Source of the DNA: Candidatus Magasanikiibacteriota bacterium | GTDB taxonomy: Bacteria; Patescibacteriota; Patescibacteriia; Magasanikbacterales; UBA922 | Reading direction: 5' to 3' | Assembly (NCBI GenBank): GCA_041675185.1 | Contig: JBAYUH010000002.1 | Location: 1,052-65,051, forward strand | DNA length: 64,000 bases | In this document: positions 40,695-51,406 of the stretch, in pieces | Layout of the letters: each line of letters opens with the position of its first letter | Position numbering within the stretch: position 1 is the stretch's first letter | Program-made: the position numbers and the translations under genes | Notes under the pieces: model-generated | What the model was told of the DNA's origin: nothing | The model's input: only the letters and a program-made list of their open reading frames with translations | Database searches by the model: none

Positions 40695-40800
40695 CAACGA
40701 CACCAAAACTCAACAAAACATATAGCATGGGATATACGGTTCGCAATCTAAATAGCAAATATTTTTTCTCTATTTAATTTCAAACACTTTTTTATTTTTT

Positions 40801-41643
40801 ATGAATCCTGAAATGAAATCACAAAATCCTTCCAATAATCACAAAGGACTCGAAATGTATTTTTCGCCAGAAATCACTGAAAAATTTGCTGAACATGAAC
40901 AGAACGAAAAAAATTTCAAAGTTGCTCAAATTGTTGATACCATACTTCTTCAAGAGTCTACTGATTTGAAAACTCCAATTTATTCTGCGGAGTTAGGTGG
41001 TGGCGCCCATCCTGATAGATACGACGAGTTTTTCAACAAATTAGCAAACGAACATGGACACATGGATTGGGTTGATGTAGCACCTCTTATGCTCGAACTG
41101 GCAAAAAAATACATTTCGAACGAAAAATATCAAAACCGAAAGGACGTTATCACCTTCGTAAAGAGTGAAATATTAGAATATCTGCGTGGGCTTGAAAATG
41201 AAAAACTTGACCTTACTATCATGAAGTATACGATTGACCATATTGATAATCTTGGTATGTTATTTGAGCTACTCTCTGAAAAATTGACGCAAAGCGGAAA
41301 ACTTATCGCCACAATTGGAAGTACAAGTCCAGAATTAAAAAGTTATTCAACTAATGCGCGGTATTTATATAATGGTGAGCAATTCCCTGATAATGAAACT
41401 CGTACATTAAAAGACGGTGATAATTTTACAGTCAAGTTTTTCAAAGTATCAGGTAATCCAAATGCTGGCTATATTGAAGGTGCTGAAACACTGAAGTATT
41501 TTCATTCAGCTGAAAAAATCAAGCAACTTGCTGAGTCCTACGGTTTTGATTTTTTTCTCGGAGATTGGAAGGATTTTGTTTCGCAAGAGAATCAAAAAGG
41601 TGAAACGATGAATCAAGATGTGTTAGTGCTAACAAAAAAATAG
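40801..41643 (+). CDS. Class I SAM-dependent methyltransferase
   Basis: SAELGGG motif I, WVDVAPLMLELA motif II, KLTQSGKLI. Confidence 0.75.
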   Translation: MNPEMKSQNPSNNHKGLEMYFSPEITEKFAEHEQNEKNFKVAQIVDTILLQESTDLKTPIYSAELGGGAHPDRYDEFFNKLANEHGHMDWVDVAPLMLELAKKYISNEKYQNRKDVITFVKSEILEYLRGLENEKLDLTIMKYTIDHIDNLGMLFELLSEKLTQSGKLIATIGSTSPELKSYSTNARYLYNGEQFPDNETRTLKDGDNFTVKFFKVSGNPNAGYIEGAETLKYFHSAEKIKQLAESYGFDFFLGDWKDFVSQENQKGETMNQDVLVLTKK

Positions 41644-41768
41644 CATTTTATAACAACTAAAACTCAATTATCACACACGAACGTCAATTGAAATGGGGGC
41701 TATCTATTATCTGTGATTAAGTGTAAGCTTCTAATGATCAACGCCTATTCATTAACCAAAAAAAATCT

Positions 41769-42341
41769 ATGGAACAAACAAAATCCAATGTGGGATCAAT
41801 AGTCCTCACCATCATTATCACTGCTATTGTGGTAGGAGGTGGAATTTATTACTTCCAAAAAAGTAAAGTTGTTACCCCAAATGAACAACAAACTGGACAG
41901 TCACAAACCGAGACAACTAGCAAACCTATAAAATCAGATGAACAGATAGCTCAATCAAAAATGACCGTGACTGATGAAGGTACTGAGTACACAAACTTCA
42001 TCTATCATTTCTCAGTGATTTTGCCAAAAAGTTGGGGAAAAATTGTAGAGAGCAAAGATGCTATCCTAAGTGAAGTAAAAATTTATGACAACATCCGTTT
42101 AGTTTCAGAAAATGATTCTATGCAACGCTACATTCAATTTCAAATTGTAGAAACCAAAGATAAAAACGATTCATTGATTTCTGATTATCCCCAGACATTG
42201 ATTACAGGTAATCCAACTTATACATTTTATTATTCTGGTAGCCAAGATCTTTCAGGATATGGTGGTATAGAGGAAAGTGTGGATTCAGCAAAAATCCAAG
42301 CTGAAATTTTACAAATCAAAGAAAGTTTTAAACTTTTTTAG
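41769..42341 (+). CDS. Membrane-anchored hypothetical surface protein
   Basis: N-terminal TM IIITAIVVGGGIYYF; YTNFIYHFSVILPKSW segment. Confidence 0.7.
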   Translation: MEQTKSNVGSIVLTIIITAIVVGGGIYYFQKSKVVTPNEQQTGQSQTETTSKPIKSDEQIAQSKMTVTDEGTEYTNFIYHFSVILPKSWGKIVESKDAILSEVKIYDNIRLVSENDSMQRYIQFQIVETKDKNDSLISDYPQTLITGNPTYTFYYSGSQDLSGYGGIEESVDSAKIQAEILQIKESFKLF

Positions 42342-42412
42342 TAATCAAACCAAACAATATTGTATAAACTATTTGCCTATAAACTTATATAAGTGATGAT
42401 GTTAACTTAAAT

Positions 42413-42443
42413 AAAAAAACAGACTTCTCCAAAGTCTGTTTTT
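42413..42443. terminator. Bidirectional terminator
   Basis: AAAAACAGACTT-ctcca-AAGTCTGTTTTT between convergent genes. Confidence 0.75.
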
Positions 42444-42477
42444 ATATTTTAATAATTTAATATTTTTATACTAAAAA

Positions 42478-43533
42478 TTATTCTTCCACACTCTCATCTT
42501 CCCCTACTTTGCCTTTTTCTTCATCTGGAGCTTCGCCAAGTTTTACTGCTTCCCAAACTTTTGTTTTTATTTCCACCATCAACTTTGGATTTTCACGCAA
42601 AAATTGTTTAGCTTTTTCACGACCAACACCAAGTTTTTCCTCACCAAAAGTATAACTGTTACCAGATTTGTGAATGACTTTGTAAGTAACACCAGTATCT
42701 ATCATATCTCCAGAAACTGAAATACCTTCATTGTACATGATATCAAATTCTGTGGTACGGAAAGGTGCAGCAACTTTGTTCTTCACAATTTTTACTTTTA
42801 CTCTGTTGCCAATAATCTTGTCACCTTGTTTGATTTGAGCACTACGACGAACTTCGATACGAACTGAGGAATAAAATTTGAGAGCAGTACCACCAGTAGT
42901 AGTCTCAGGGTTACCAAAAAATACACCAATTTTTTGTCTAGTCTGGTTGATAAAGATAACTACAGTTCTAGTCTTACTTACAATACCTGTCAATTTGCGC
43001 AAAGCTTGAGACATTAGTCTAGCTTGTAAACCCATATGACTAGCACCCATTTCACCTTCAATTTCAGCTTTTGGCACAAGAGCAGCGACAGAGTCGACCA
43101 CTACAACATCTACAGCATTGGAACGAACAAGAGTTTCCAAAATTTCTAGAGCTTGTTCACCTGTATCTGGCTGAGAAATATACAAAGCATTGATATCTAC
43201 ACCAATTTTCTTGGCATATTCTGGATCTAGTGCATGTTCTGCATCCACAAAAGCTGCAATACCACCAAGTTTCTGGACTTCGGAGATGATATGTTGAGCC
43301 AAAGTAGTCTTACCACTGGCTTCTGGTCCAAAAATTTCTATAATACGTCCACGAGGTACACCACCAACACCAAGAGCAATATCTAAAGATACTGAGCCTG
43401 TAGAGACTGCATCCACTTCCATAGTTTTGGCTTCACCAAAACGCATAATAGAGTTGTCTCCATACTTTTGTTTAATTTGATCAATAGCTGTCTTAGCAGC
43501 TTCCATTTTTGGACTTTCTTTCTTGATAGCCAT
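42478..43533 (-). CDS. recA: Recombinase A
   Basis: [38 protein letters not shown]. Confidence 0.99.
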   Translation of the reverse strand: MAIKKESPKMEAAKTAIDQIKQKYGDNSIMRFGEAKTMEVDAVSTGSVSLDIALGVGGVPRGRIIEIFGPEASGKTTLAQHIISEVQKLGGIAAFVDAEHALDPEYAKKIGVDINALYISQPDTGEQALEILETLVRSNAVDVVVVDSVAALVPKAEIEGEMGASHMGLQARLMSQALRKLTGIVSKTRTVVIFINQTRQKIGVFFGNPETTTGGTALKFYSSVRIEVRRSAQIKQGDKIIGNRVKVKIVKNKVAAPFRTTEFDIMYNEGISVSGDMIDTGVTYKVIHKSGNSYTFGEEKLGVGREKAKQFLRENPKLMVEIKTKVWEAVKLGEAPDEEKGKVGEDESVEE

Positions 43534-43713
43534 AATACTTACTTTAGTTGAGTTAAATTTGATAAAAAGACAGGCTTATTTTTGGAATAAAAAAGAGGGA
43601 AATTCTCTCCTTTGTGCTTAATTTTACTACGTGATAGATATTGTGTCAAACAGCATACGTGTTTATTTCTTGAGATAGAGATGTTATAATAATACACAGT
43701 TTTAATACCAAAT

Positions 43714-44055
43714 ATGCAAAAATATACAGAAGAAAGACCTTGGGGAAAATTCAAACAATTTTGTCACAATGAACAAGTGACTGTCAAAATAATTTCAGTG
43801 AAACCACACTCTAAATTAAGTCTTCAATACCACCACAAAAGAGATGAATTCTGGAGAGTAGTGAGTGGTAAGGGACAAATTATTATTGGTGAAGAGATTA
43901 TTGATGTACAAATTGGTGATGAACATTTCATACCCAAGACTACCAAACACAGGATGATGACAAAAAATGATGAATTAGAAATTATGGAAATATCTTTTGG
44001 AGAATTTGATGAAAACGATATTATACGATTGGAAGATAATTATAATAGAAAATAA
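43714..44055 (+). CDS. Mannose-6-phosphate isomerase type II (cupin)
   Basis: ERPWG, LSLQYHHKRDEFW, DENDIIRLED. Confidence 0.88.
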   Translation: MQKYTEERPWGKFKQFCHNEQVTVKIISVKPHSKLSLQYHHKRDEFWRVVSGKGQIIIGEEIIDVQIGDEHFIPKTTKHRMMTKNDELEIMEISFGEFDENDIIRLEDNYNRK

Positions 44056-44095
44056 AAAAACGACCTACGTCGTTTTTTTGTATATTTAAATAAAT

Positions 44096-44788
44096 TTACC
44101 TCAAAGAAATACCACTATTATTTTTGTAAATTACGTTCCTAACCTCTTCAGTAGTTTTACCATGTTTGTTCTTGGCTTCTATTACAAAAGTATTGATACC
44201 TGGTAGAAGATTTATACTCTGGCTGAAGTTTCCATTTTCATCATTTTTTACCAATTCATCATTGATAGTGATTTGAATTTCTGGATCAGTTTTACCATTG
44301 ACGTCTACAAAATTGCTATTACTAATAAAACCATTTTCTGGAGATATTACTAATAGAATTGGTGGCGTCAAAACATTTTTGACATGAAAACCAAGAAAAA
44401 GAAGAAGTAAAAACACAAATATACCAAAAAATGAAAACCGTAAAATATTTGGTATATTACTAAAATGGTATTTTCTGTATTTTAAATTTGGCGTATTATC
44501 TTTTGGTGTTTCGTATGTCAATTCTTCGTTGACAAATTGCTCTACAAAACACATCGCATCCTCTCCCAAAGCTTGGACATACTTTTTTACAAAATTCTTT
44601 TTGTACAAAGAAGATTGTGGCAAATCCGAAAAACGACATTCTTCGATTGCTCTTAAATATTCTTTGTTTATTTTGGTTTTTGATTCTAATTCTAACAAAG
44701 AAATATGTTTTTCTTCACGCAAAGCTTTGAGACGAACACAAATTCTTGTGGTAGGTAACAAACATTTCTTTTTGAAAGATACTTCCAT
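44096..44788 (-). CDS. RodZ-like protein: HTH, TM helix, Ig-like domain
   Basis: LKALREEK...TKINKEYLRAIEE...FVKKYVQALG, single TM, LLPGINTFVIEA. Confidence 0.8.
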   Translation of the reverse strand: MEVSFKKKCLLPTTRICVRLKALREEKHISLLELESKTKINKEYLRAIEECRFSDLPQSSLYKKNFVKKYVQALGEDAMCFVEQFVNEELTYETPKDNTPNLKYRKYHFSNIPNILRFSFFGIFVFLLLLFLGFHVKNVLTPPILLVISPENGFISNSNFVDVNGKTDPEIQITINDELVKNDENGNFSQSINLLPGINTFVIEAKNKHGKTTEEVRNVIYKNNSGISLR

Positions 44789-44791
44789 AAA

Positions 44792-46672
44792 TTATTGGTA
44801 AATCAAATTTATATTTATACCAGTATAATAATATTGTAATATTTCTCGCCAATTTTTACCACCTTCATCAGCCATATAGGCAGCATCACGAGCACTCATA
44901 CCTACGCCATGACCAAACAAAGATTTGTGATCTCTCTGATCATAAGTAGCTGGGACTGATACAAGCCAAGGCTTGATGGCTCCACCCCAAACTTCTGTCC
45001 AACTTCTCGTACGACCATCACTATTACCATAGTATGGTGTAATGACTATATTATTGTCATAAGTAATCATATATCCCCTAGTAGCTTTTTGGGCAGCGAC
45101 TACATTTGGCATGAGTAATTCACTAGCTACACCTAGATAAAGTTGGTCACCAGTATTGGCAACTACATCAAAATTACGAGAATCATGTTTGTTGGTATAT
45201 TCTTTGATATAATAACCATAAGTACGAGCAGCTACTAACAAAGCTTTGACATATTCTGTCGGACCAATATTGGAAGTTTCAGCAATACCAGCTATATAAT
45301 CTTCTATCAAAACTTCTTCAATCACATACACGTCTGCCCCACTATTTGTTTTTCGTAATTCCATTATACCACGATATTTGTTGAAGTTTACAGGCCCTTT
45401 CCAAGTCACTGCCCTGTTGTAATTTACTAGAGAAAAAATAGCATGCATATCATTTTGTGGCACAAGACGAATGAATTGATTGGTAGAAAAATCTAATCCA
45501 AAAGAATTGAAATAATAAATACCATCTAGATAATACATTGTAGCAAGAGTATTTCTACTCAAAATACCTTGCTGTATATCGCCAGCAAAAACAAGATAAT
45601 TGTCATCAGCTGATTGGAATTTGACTTTATCTTCTGGATTTTGCCAAACCCCTACTCTAATAGTAGGCTCTTGTGTAAGGCGTGGTACTTCTTGATTGAT
45701 GATTGGTGAATCAGAATAATTGGCAGCATTAGCAGTCACATTTACTGGAATATTTATTTCCATGTTATTTATTTCTTTGTCGTCAGCTTTTAATTTTAAG
45801 GTCAAAGTATAAGCTCCAGCTTTGCCAGGTGTCACAAAATTGAACTGATCTCTTGTGGTACCCCATTGAGTTATTTCTTGAATTTTTTCCAAAATAGTAT
45901 TGCTATCTTTCCAGTCAGAATCAGCAAAAGTAAGATTTGAAACTGAATCACTTGCCAATGACACAGGGCTGTTGGCGACAATAGAATATTTTTGCCAAGT
46001 AGCTGTACCTAAATTTTGCAAACCTAAAATAATTTTTACTTTTTTACCACCTTGAGCTGTTACACTTTTGGTATTTAGGATAAATTGTTTGGCCTGATAG
46101 TCACTAGAAGCGACTTTGTCTGTAGTAGTACTGTTTAATGTAGTGTTTGTAGAACTATTATTTGATGTAGAAACTATAGTTTTTGGTACGACATTTAAAA
46201 TAAAATAAAAATAACCACCCTTAACCCAAGAATAGTTTTGTGCAGCTAACCAAAATTTCTCAGTATATGTCCCAACTTTTTCAGGAGCTTTTATTTGGAT
46301 ACTAATCGTACCTGTTTCACCAGGTTTTATTTTGCCAGCAATTTTGGCTGTTTGTTCTTTGTCCAACCAGTTGGCTCCAGCAAAATCAGAATTATGATAA
46401 CGTGGTTCCATAGTAAAAGCAGAAATAAAATTTTTGCCATTACCATCCCAAGTTGCTGTGCCGATATTTTTGAACTTGAAATCTACAGTAATCGTAGCTC
46501 CAGCTTCAATTTTGATAGGATCATTGACACTTTGACTAATATACTTGGCAGCAAAACCAGAATCACGTACTGTTACTACTGGCAAAGTAGCTGATCTAGT
46601 AATAGAAGGTGCAAAAATACTACTTATAATAAGTAAACCTATAAAATATAAAGAAACTTTTTTGGAAATCAT
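44792..46672 (-). CDS. SpoIID/LytB-domain secreted protein with N-terminal Ig-like domains
   Basis: Signal peptide; FKNIGTATW repeats; KALLVAARTY, DQLYLG, FGHGVGMS, ILQYYYTG. Confidence 0.85.
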   Translation of the reverse strand: MISKKVSLYFIGLLIISSIFAPSITRSATLPVVTVRDSGFAAKYISQSVNDPIKIEAGATITVDFKFKNIGTATWDGNGKNFISAFTMEPRYHNSDFAGANWLDKEQTAKIAGKIKPGETGTISIQIKAPEKVGTYTEKFWLAAQNYSWVKGGYFYFILNVVPKTIVSTSNNSSTNTTLNSTTTDKVASSDYQAKQFILNTKSVTAQGGKKVKIILGLQNLGTATWQKYSIVANSPVSLASDSVSNLTFADSDWKDSNTILEKIQEITQWGTTRDQFNFVTPGKAGAYTLTLKLKADDKEINNMEINIPVNVTANAANYSDSPIINQEVPRLTQEPTIRVGVWQNPEDKVKFQSADDNYLVFAGDIQQGILSRNTLATMYYLDGIYYFNSFGLDFSTNQFIRLVPQNDMHAIFSLVNYNRAVTWKGPVNFNKYRGIMELRKTNSGADVYVIEEVLIEDYIAGIAETSNIGPTEYVKALLVAARTYGYYIKEYTNKHDSRNFDVVANTGDQLYLGVASELLMPNVVAAQKATRGYMITYDNNIVITPYYGNSDGRTRSWTEVWGGAIKPWLVSVPATYDQRDHKSLFGHGVGMSARDAAYMADEGGKNWREILQYYYTGININLIYQ

Positions 46673-46904
46673 AAAATACAGGTTATAAAGCAGATAAATT
46701 AGTTTTAATTATTATAACACATTCTGCTACTTTTCTCCAACAGCCCTATTGGCCAAGTAGATATTGCTAAATTAAGCAAAATTTGTTAAAATGGGCATAA
46801 GTTTTTATAGTTGAAATTGTTCTAAATGTTGTATCATTTTATTTGTTATAATTGATTAGTCATCTACAACATTTTAGAACACCTAAAACATTTACCACAA
46901 TTTT

Positions 46905-48326
46905 ATGTCAGTCACCAAACAAGTCGCTCACAATACTTTTTTTCAAATGCTAGGTAAAATTATCTCGACTTTTTTTGGTTTGGCAGCTGTTGCTATGATG
47001 ACACGTTATTTGGGCCAAGAAAAATTTGGTTGGTACATTACCACTATTTCCTTTTTGGGCGTGATAGGAATATTTATAGATTTTGGTATGACACCAGTCA
47101 CTGCCCAAATACTTGGCGAAAATAAATTTGATAAAACAAAAATATTCAATAATCTTGTCACTTTTAGATTTTTGTCTGCTATTTTTTTCTTGAGTTTAGC
47201 TCCACTCATTGCCTTGTTCTTCCCTTATCCAAATACTGTCAAAATTGCTATTAGTTTTACAGCTATATCTTTTGTGGCAATTTCTCTAAACCAAGTTTTT
47301 ATTGGGTTTTTACAAGAAAAACTCCAAATGCACATTCAAGCTATTGGAGAAATAATTGGTAGATTTGTCTTAGTCATTGGTCTTCTGATAGCCATATACA
47401 ACCAAGCTCAATTTCTGACTATCATGCTAGTAATAATTTTGGCTAGTATTGCTTACACTACCACACTCTATTTATTTATACGCAAAAAAACCAAACTAAA
47501 TTTCAGTTTTGACAAAAATATTTGGCGAGAAATTATCATAAAAATGTGGCCAATAGCTGTAGCTATAATTTTCAATGTAGTTTATTTGAGAGGAGATTTA
47601 TTGTTATTAAGTTTTTTTGGTTCACAAACTGATGTTGGGATTTATGGTGCAGCTTACCGAGTCATAGATATTGTGGTCCAGACTGCCATGATGATCATGG
47701 GGGTGATGTTGCCACTACTAGCCACTTCTTGGGTACAAAAAAACAAAGAAGAATTCAAACAAAGATACCAAGTAGCATTTGACGCTATGATGATACTAGC
47801 TATCCCGATGTTTACTGGTTTGTTTTTGTTATCTCACAAAATAATGGTTCTAGTAGCTGGACAAGATTTTTTTATTTCTGGTAATGCTTTACAAATTTTG
47901 TCTTTGGCGATTTTGGGTGTTTTTTGGGCAGGAATTTTTGGACATCTAGTCGTAGCTGTCAATCTCCAAAAAGAAGTCTTATGGGTTTATATCAGTAATG
48001 CTATTATTACTTTCACTGGTTATATGATTTTTATCCCAAAATATGGTATGTATGGAGCAGCTTGGATGACAGTATTTTCTGAATGGTATACAGCTGTTAT
48101 GGTCACTTTGGTAGCCAGAAAAAATGTCAAAGAAAAAATAAACTATAAATTTCTCACAAAAGTAATATTCTCAAGTATAATCATGGGAGTCTTCATAATT
48201 CTACTAAACAAAATACAAATTCTAATTTTGATAACAATTAGTATAGCTATCTATACTTTGATGCTATTTGCAACCAGAGCTGTTTCCAAAGGACAAATGA
48301 AAGATATTTTAAGTCTAAAGAGCTAA
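46905..48326 (+). CDS. Wzx-type polysaccharide flippase
   Basis: Many TM helices; RYLGQEKFG, VGIYGAAYR, IPKYGMYGAAW. Confidence 0.9.
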   Translation: MSVTKQVAHNTFFQMLGKIISTFFGLAAVAMMTRYLGQEKFGWYITTISFLGVIGIFIDFGMTPVTAQILGENKFDKTKIFNNLVTFRFLSAIFFLSLAPLIALFFPYPNTVKIAISFTAISFVAISLNQVFIGFLQEKLQMHIQAIGEIIGRFVLVIGLLIAIYNQAQFLTIMLVIILASIAYTTTLYLFIRKKTKLNFSFDKNIWREIIIKMWPIAVAIIFNVVYLRGDLLLLSFFGSQTDVGIYGAAYRVIDIVVQTAMMIMGVMLPLLATSWVQKNKEEFKQRYQVAFDAMMILAIPMFTGLFLLSHKIMVLVAGQDFFISGNALQILSLAILGVFWAGIFGHLVVAVNLQKEVLWVYISNAIITFTGYMIFIPKYGMYGAAWMTVFSEWYTAVMVTLVARKNVKEKINYKFLTKVIFSSIIMGVFIILLNKIQILILITISIAIYTLMLFATRAVSKGQMKDILSLKS

Positions 48327-48330
48327 CAAC

Positions 48331-49629
48331 ATGGCTATAAGCATTTTGACAATTATTTTTCTAGTGTTATTTTCTATTTTAGCTTGGCGAAATTTTGCTT
48401 ATGCTTTGTTTTTATTTTTTGTTTTGTTACCAAGCTATGTCTTGAGATTTCAAATAGGTCCCTTACCTGCTACTTTGTTAGAATTACAATTTGCGATTAT
48501 TTTTATTTTTGGAATTTACAAATTTCACAAACAAATTTCTACGCAACTGAAATTTTATTTCAAAAAATATCCTTACTTCTTTTTTTTCTTACTACTTTTT
48601 GTATTAGCTTCTATTATTTCCATTTTTACCAGTGCAGATATAAGAAAAGCTCTTGGTGAATGGAAAGCTTTTTATATCGAGCCTATTTTATTTTTCTTAA
48701 TATTGCTTGGTTTGGATAAAAAATATAGCCAAAATTTGACTACAGCAATTTTGCTTTGTGGACTTGTTACTTCTCTACTAGCAATTTTCCAACACTTTAC
48801 TGGCTTTCTAGTGCCTCATGCTTTTTGGGAAAATCAAAATACTTATAGAGTTACGGCTTGGTATGGTTTCCCAAATGGTGTTGGATTATTTTTAGCTCCG
48901 CTTTTTGCCTTAGCTTTTTACAATATTTTCAAATACAAAAAAATAAATTGGCAGACTATCATTGCCATCTTGTTTATTCCCACAAATATTCTAGCAATAT
49001 TCTTTGCCAAATCTACTGGCGCTCTAATTGCTATAGCTGGAACAATTTTCCTCTTATTATTTTTTTACAAAAAAACTAGATTATTAATAACTATTTTTAC
49101 AATTACCGGATTTGTTTTGTTATTTTCTTTATCACAATTAGCTAGTATCAAAACAGAAATCACTATGCAAGACAGATCCGGACAAATCCGTCTTGGTATT
49201 TGGCGTGATACAGCAAATTTTCTCAAAGATCACCCTCTTACTGGCTCAGGTATAGCTTCTTATAATTTACGCATTGTACCATATCACCAAAAAGTAAATG
49301 GTGAAAAAATTGAAATCTTTCACCATCCTCACAATATATTCCTAACTATCTGGATCAATACAGGAATACTAGGACTAATAGCATTCTTAGGAATTTTGTT
49401 CAATATTTTTTATCTAAATATTTTTGAAAAAAAGTTGACTACACAAAATTATATTGTTTTAGTTAGTCTAATAAGTTTATTAATCACTGGTTTGGTGGAT
49501 TCACCTATTATAAAAAATGATTTAGCAATAGTATTTTGGTTTATTGTATTTTTGAATATTATACCTAATCAAAATGGAGAGATGTCTGAGTTGGTTGAAG
49601 GTGCCGCTCTCGAAAAGCGGTGTATCTGA
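48331..49629 (+). CDS. O-antigen ligase/Wzy-like family protein; 3-prime end runs into tRNA-Ser
   Basis: Multi-TM; PNGVG, RLGIW, PLTGSG, HPHNIFL...GILG. Confidence 0.88.
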   Translation: MAISILTIIFLVLFSILAWRNFAYALFLFFVLLPSYVLRFQIGPLPATLLELQFAIIFIFGIYKFHKQISTQLKFYFKKYPYFFFFLLLFVLASIISIFTSADIRKALGEWKAFYIEPILFFLILLGLDKKYSQNLTTAILLCGLVTSLLAIFQHFTGFLVPHAFWENQNTYRVTAWYGFPNGVGLFLAPLFALAFYNIFKYKKINWQTIIAILFIPTNILAIFFAKSTGALIAIAGTIFLLLFFYKKTRLLITIFTITGFVLLFSLSQLASIKTEITMQDRSGQIRLGIWRDTANFLKDHPLTGSGIASYNLRIVPYHQKVNGEKIEIFHHPHNIFLTIWINTGILGLIAFLGILFNIFYLNIFEKKLTTQNYIVLVSLISLLITGLVDSPIIKNDLAIVFWFIVFLNIIPNQNGEMSELVEGAALEKRCI

Positions 49630-49666
49630 AAGGGTACCGAGGGTTCGAATCCCTCTCTCTCCGCCA
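49576..49666 (+). tRNA. tRNA-Ser (CGA)
   Basis: GGAGAGA/TCTCTCC acceptor, CCGCT-CTCGAAA-AGCGG anticodon arm, long variable arm, GGTTCGAATCC, encoded CCA. Confidence 0.97.
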
Positions 49667-49671
49667 ATTTT

Positions 49672-49758
49672 CAAACAAACGTCAATTTGGGAAATAAGGC
49701 TATATATTTTGTGAGTTGTTTCTGGATTGAATGAAAACCTTTTAATAAATTTATACAT
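49672..49758 (-). pseudogene. Possible N-terminal fragment of a Fic-like gene
   Basis: MYKFIKRFSFNPETTHKIYSLISQIDV resembles Fic-family N-termini; the frame then runs antisense into the tRNA. Confidence 0.35.
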
Positions 49759-49961
49759 ATTTTTATCTTATATATTAATTATATTTGATTGTATGCGATT
49801 ATATTGGTTTTATTAAATGTACATAGATAAATATGCAATAATTTATCTTAACCTGAATTGAGTCATTTATTTTCTAACTTTGCGTGTTTAAATTTCGGTT
49901 GACTGGTGGGCTAAAACGGCCTATACTAAACTACAGCGTTTACCCATTTTTTAATAAAATT

Positions 49962-50858
49962 ATGGACAAAAAGATTTTGGAACATTACCTAAAATTTAGT
50001 ACTTTCACTAACCCAGGTTGTTATAAAGATTTTTTGAAAAAATTACCTGATGACGTTAAAGAACTTGGTAATTTGATAAGCCACCAAATTATTCATCGCA
50101 TAACATTAAAAGACGGGAATACAAATACCAACAGTGATAAGAAATATGGAGACATGAAAAAATTCCCATGGTATAGATTGAGATGTGAGGACGGGGTTTT
50201 AACAAATACGGTAGCTATGATTGCTGAACTACTAAGGCTGGACGATAAAGGCTTCCTATCAGATAGAAAAGTTGAAAATAAGATTGTTGTAACTTGTAGG
50301 TATGTGGCCATACTAATGGCCTCGATTTTAAAATCAAAAGGCATTCCTTGTCGTGTTCGTTCTGGTTTTGCACCATATTTTTTTAAAGGTAGTCATGATC
50401 ATTGGATAAACCAATATTGGAACAAAAATAAAGAAAAATGGGTTACTTTTGATGCCGACGGATTCTTTGAAGGCTTCTTAAAATTTGACCAGTATGACAT
50501 ACCAACAGAAAAATTTGATTGGTCTGCTAATACTTGGCTTGGAATACGAAACGGTCAACTCAAAGCAGATAATTTTATCAACGCCGGCGGTTTTAATGGC
50601 CTAATGCCTGTAATGTGGGAATTATTTTATGATTTCCATTGTCTAATGAACAACGAAATCACCTATACTCAAATGCCGAGCTATGTACATTCAAAATTTG
50701 ATAAACTAACAGAAATTGATTTCAAAAAACTCGACGAATTGGCAGAATTAATGTTAGACCCTGATAAGAATTTTAACAAACTCTTTAAAGTCTGGAACAC
50801 AAAAAAGAAATTCAGAATTTTGAACGATACGCTTATTGGAGATGTTGATCATATATAA
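49962..50858 (+). CDS. Transglutaminase-like protein
   Basis: TCRYVA...GIPCRVRSGF...DHW...WVTFDA (Cys-His-Asp triad). Confidence 0.88.
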   Translation: MDKKILEHYLKFSTFTNPGCYKDFLKKLPDDVKELGNLISHQIIHRITLKDGNTNTNSDKKYGDMKKFPWYRLRCEDGVLTNTVAMIAELLRLDDKGFLSDRKVENKIVVTCRYVAILMASILKSKGIPCRVRSGFAPYFFKGSHDHWINQYWNKNKEKWVTFDADGFFEGFLKFDQYDIPTEKFDWSANTWLGIRNGQLKADNFINAGGFNGLMPVMWELFYDFHCLMNNEITYTQMPSYVHSKFDKLTEIDFKKLDELAELMLDPDKNFNKLFKVWNTKKKFRILNDTLIGDVDHI

Positions 50859-50866
50859 AATTTGTC

Positions 50867-51406
50867 ATGCTTACCAAAGAACAACAAAAATGGCTTGATC
50901 ATCTAAGCGATATCAAAAAGATAGCCATTGTTCCGTATAATCCAAAAACAAAAGAAGTGTTTAAAATAATCAAAGCAGAGTTAACAAAAATACTGGGTAA
51001 GGTAAGAATATCGCACCGAGGCTCAACAGCCATGAGAATATCAGGGCAAGGCGAAATTGATCTTTATATTCCTGTTTGCAAAAAAGATTTTAATGATACT
51101 GTTGCCAAATTGGTAAAATATTTAGGTGAAGCAGGTAGTTTATACGAATATAAACGAGCAAGATTTATAAAATACATAGATGGTATTAAGATTGAGATAT
51201 TTGTTATTAACAAAAATGATAGTAGTTGGAAAACTAGTATAAAATTTGAGAAATACTTAAAAGGCAATTCTAAAGCTTTGGCCGAATATGAAAGATTAAA
51301 AAACAGAGCGAATGGTCAATCTATAAGAAAATATTACACTTTAAAAACAATCTTTATAAACAAAATTTTACAAAAAATTGATTATGAAAATCCGTCTAGC
51401 TCGTGA
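50867..51406 (+). CDS. GrpB family nucleotidyltransferase-fold protein
   Basis: IVPYNP, HRGSTA, GEIDL, EYERLK, Y..LKT.FI. Confidence 0.82.
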   Translation: MLTKEQQKWLDHLSDIKKIAIVPYNPKTKEVFKIIKAELTKILGKVRISHRGSTAMRISGQGEIDLYIPVCKKDFNDTVAKLVKYLGEAGSLYEYKRARFIKYIDGIKIEIFVINKNDSSWKTSIKFEKYLKGNSKALAEYERLKNRANGQSIRKYYTLKTIFINKILQKIDYENPSSS

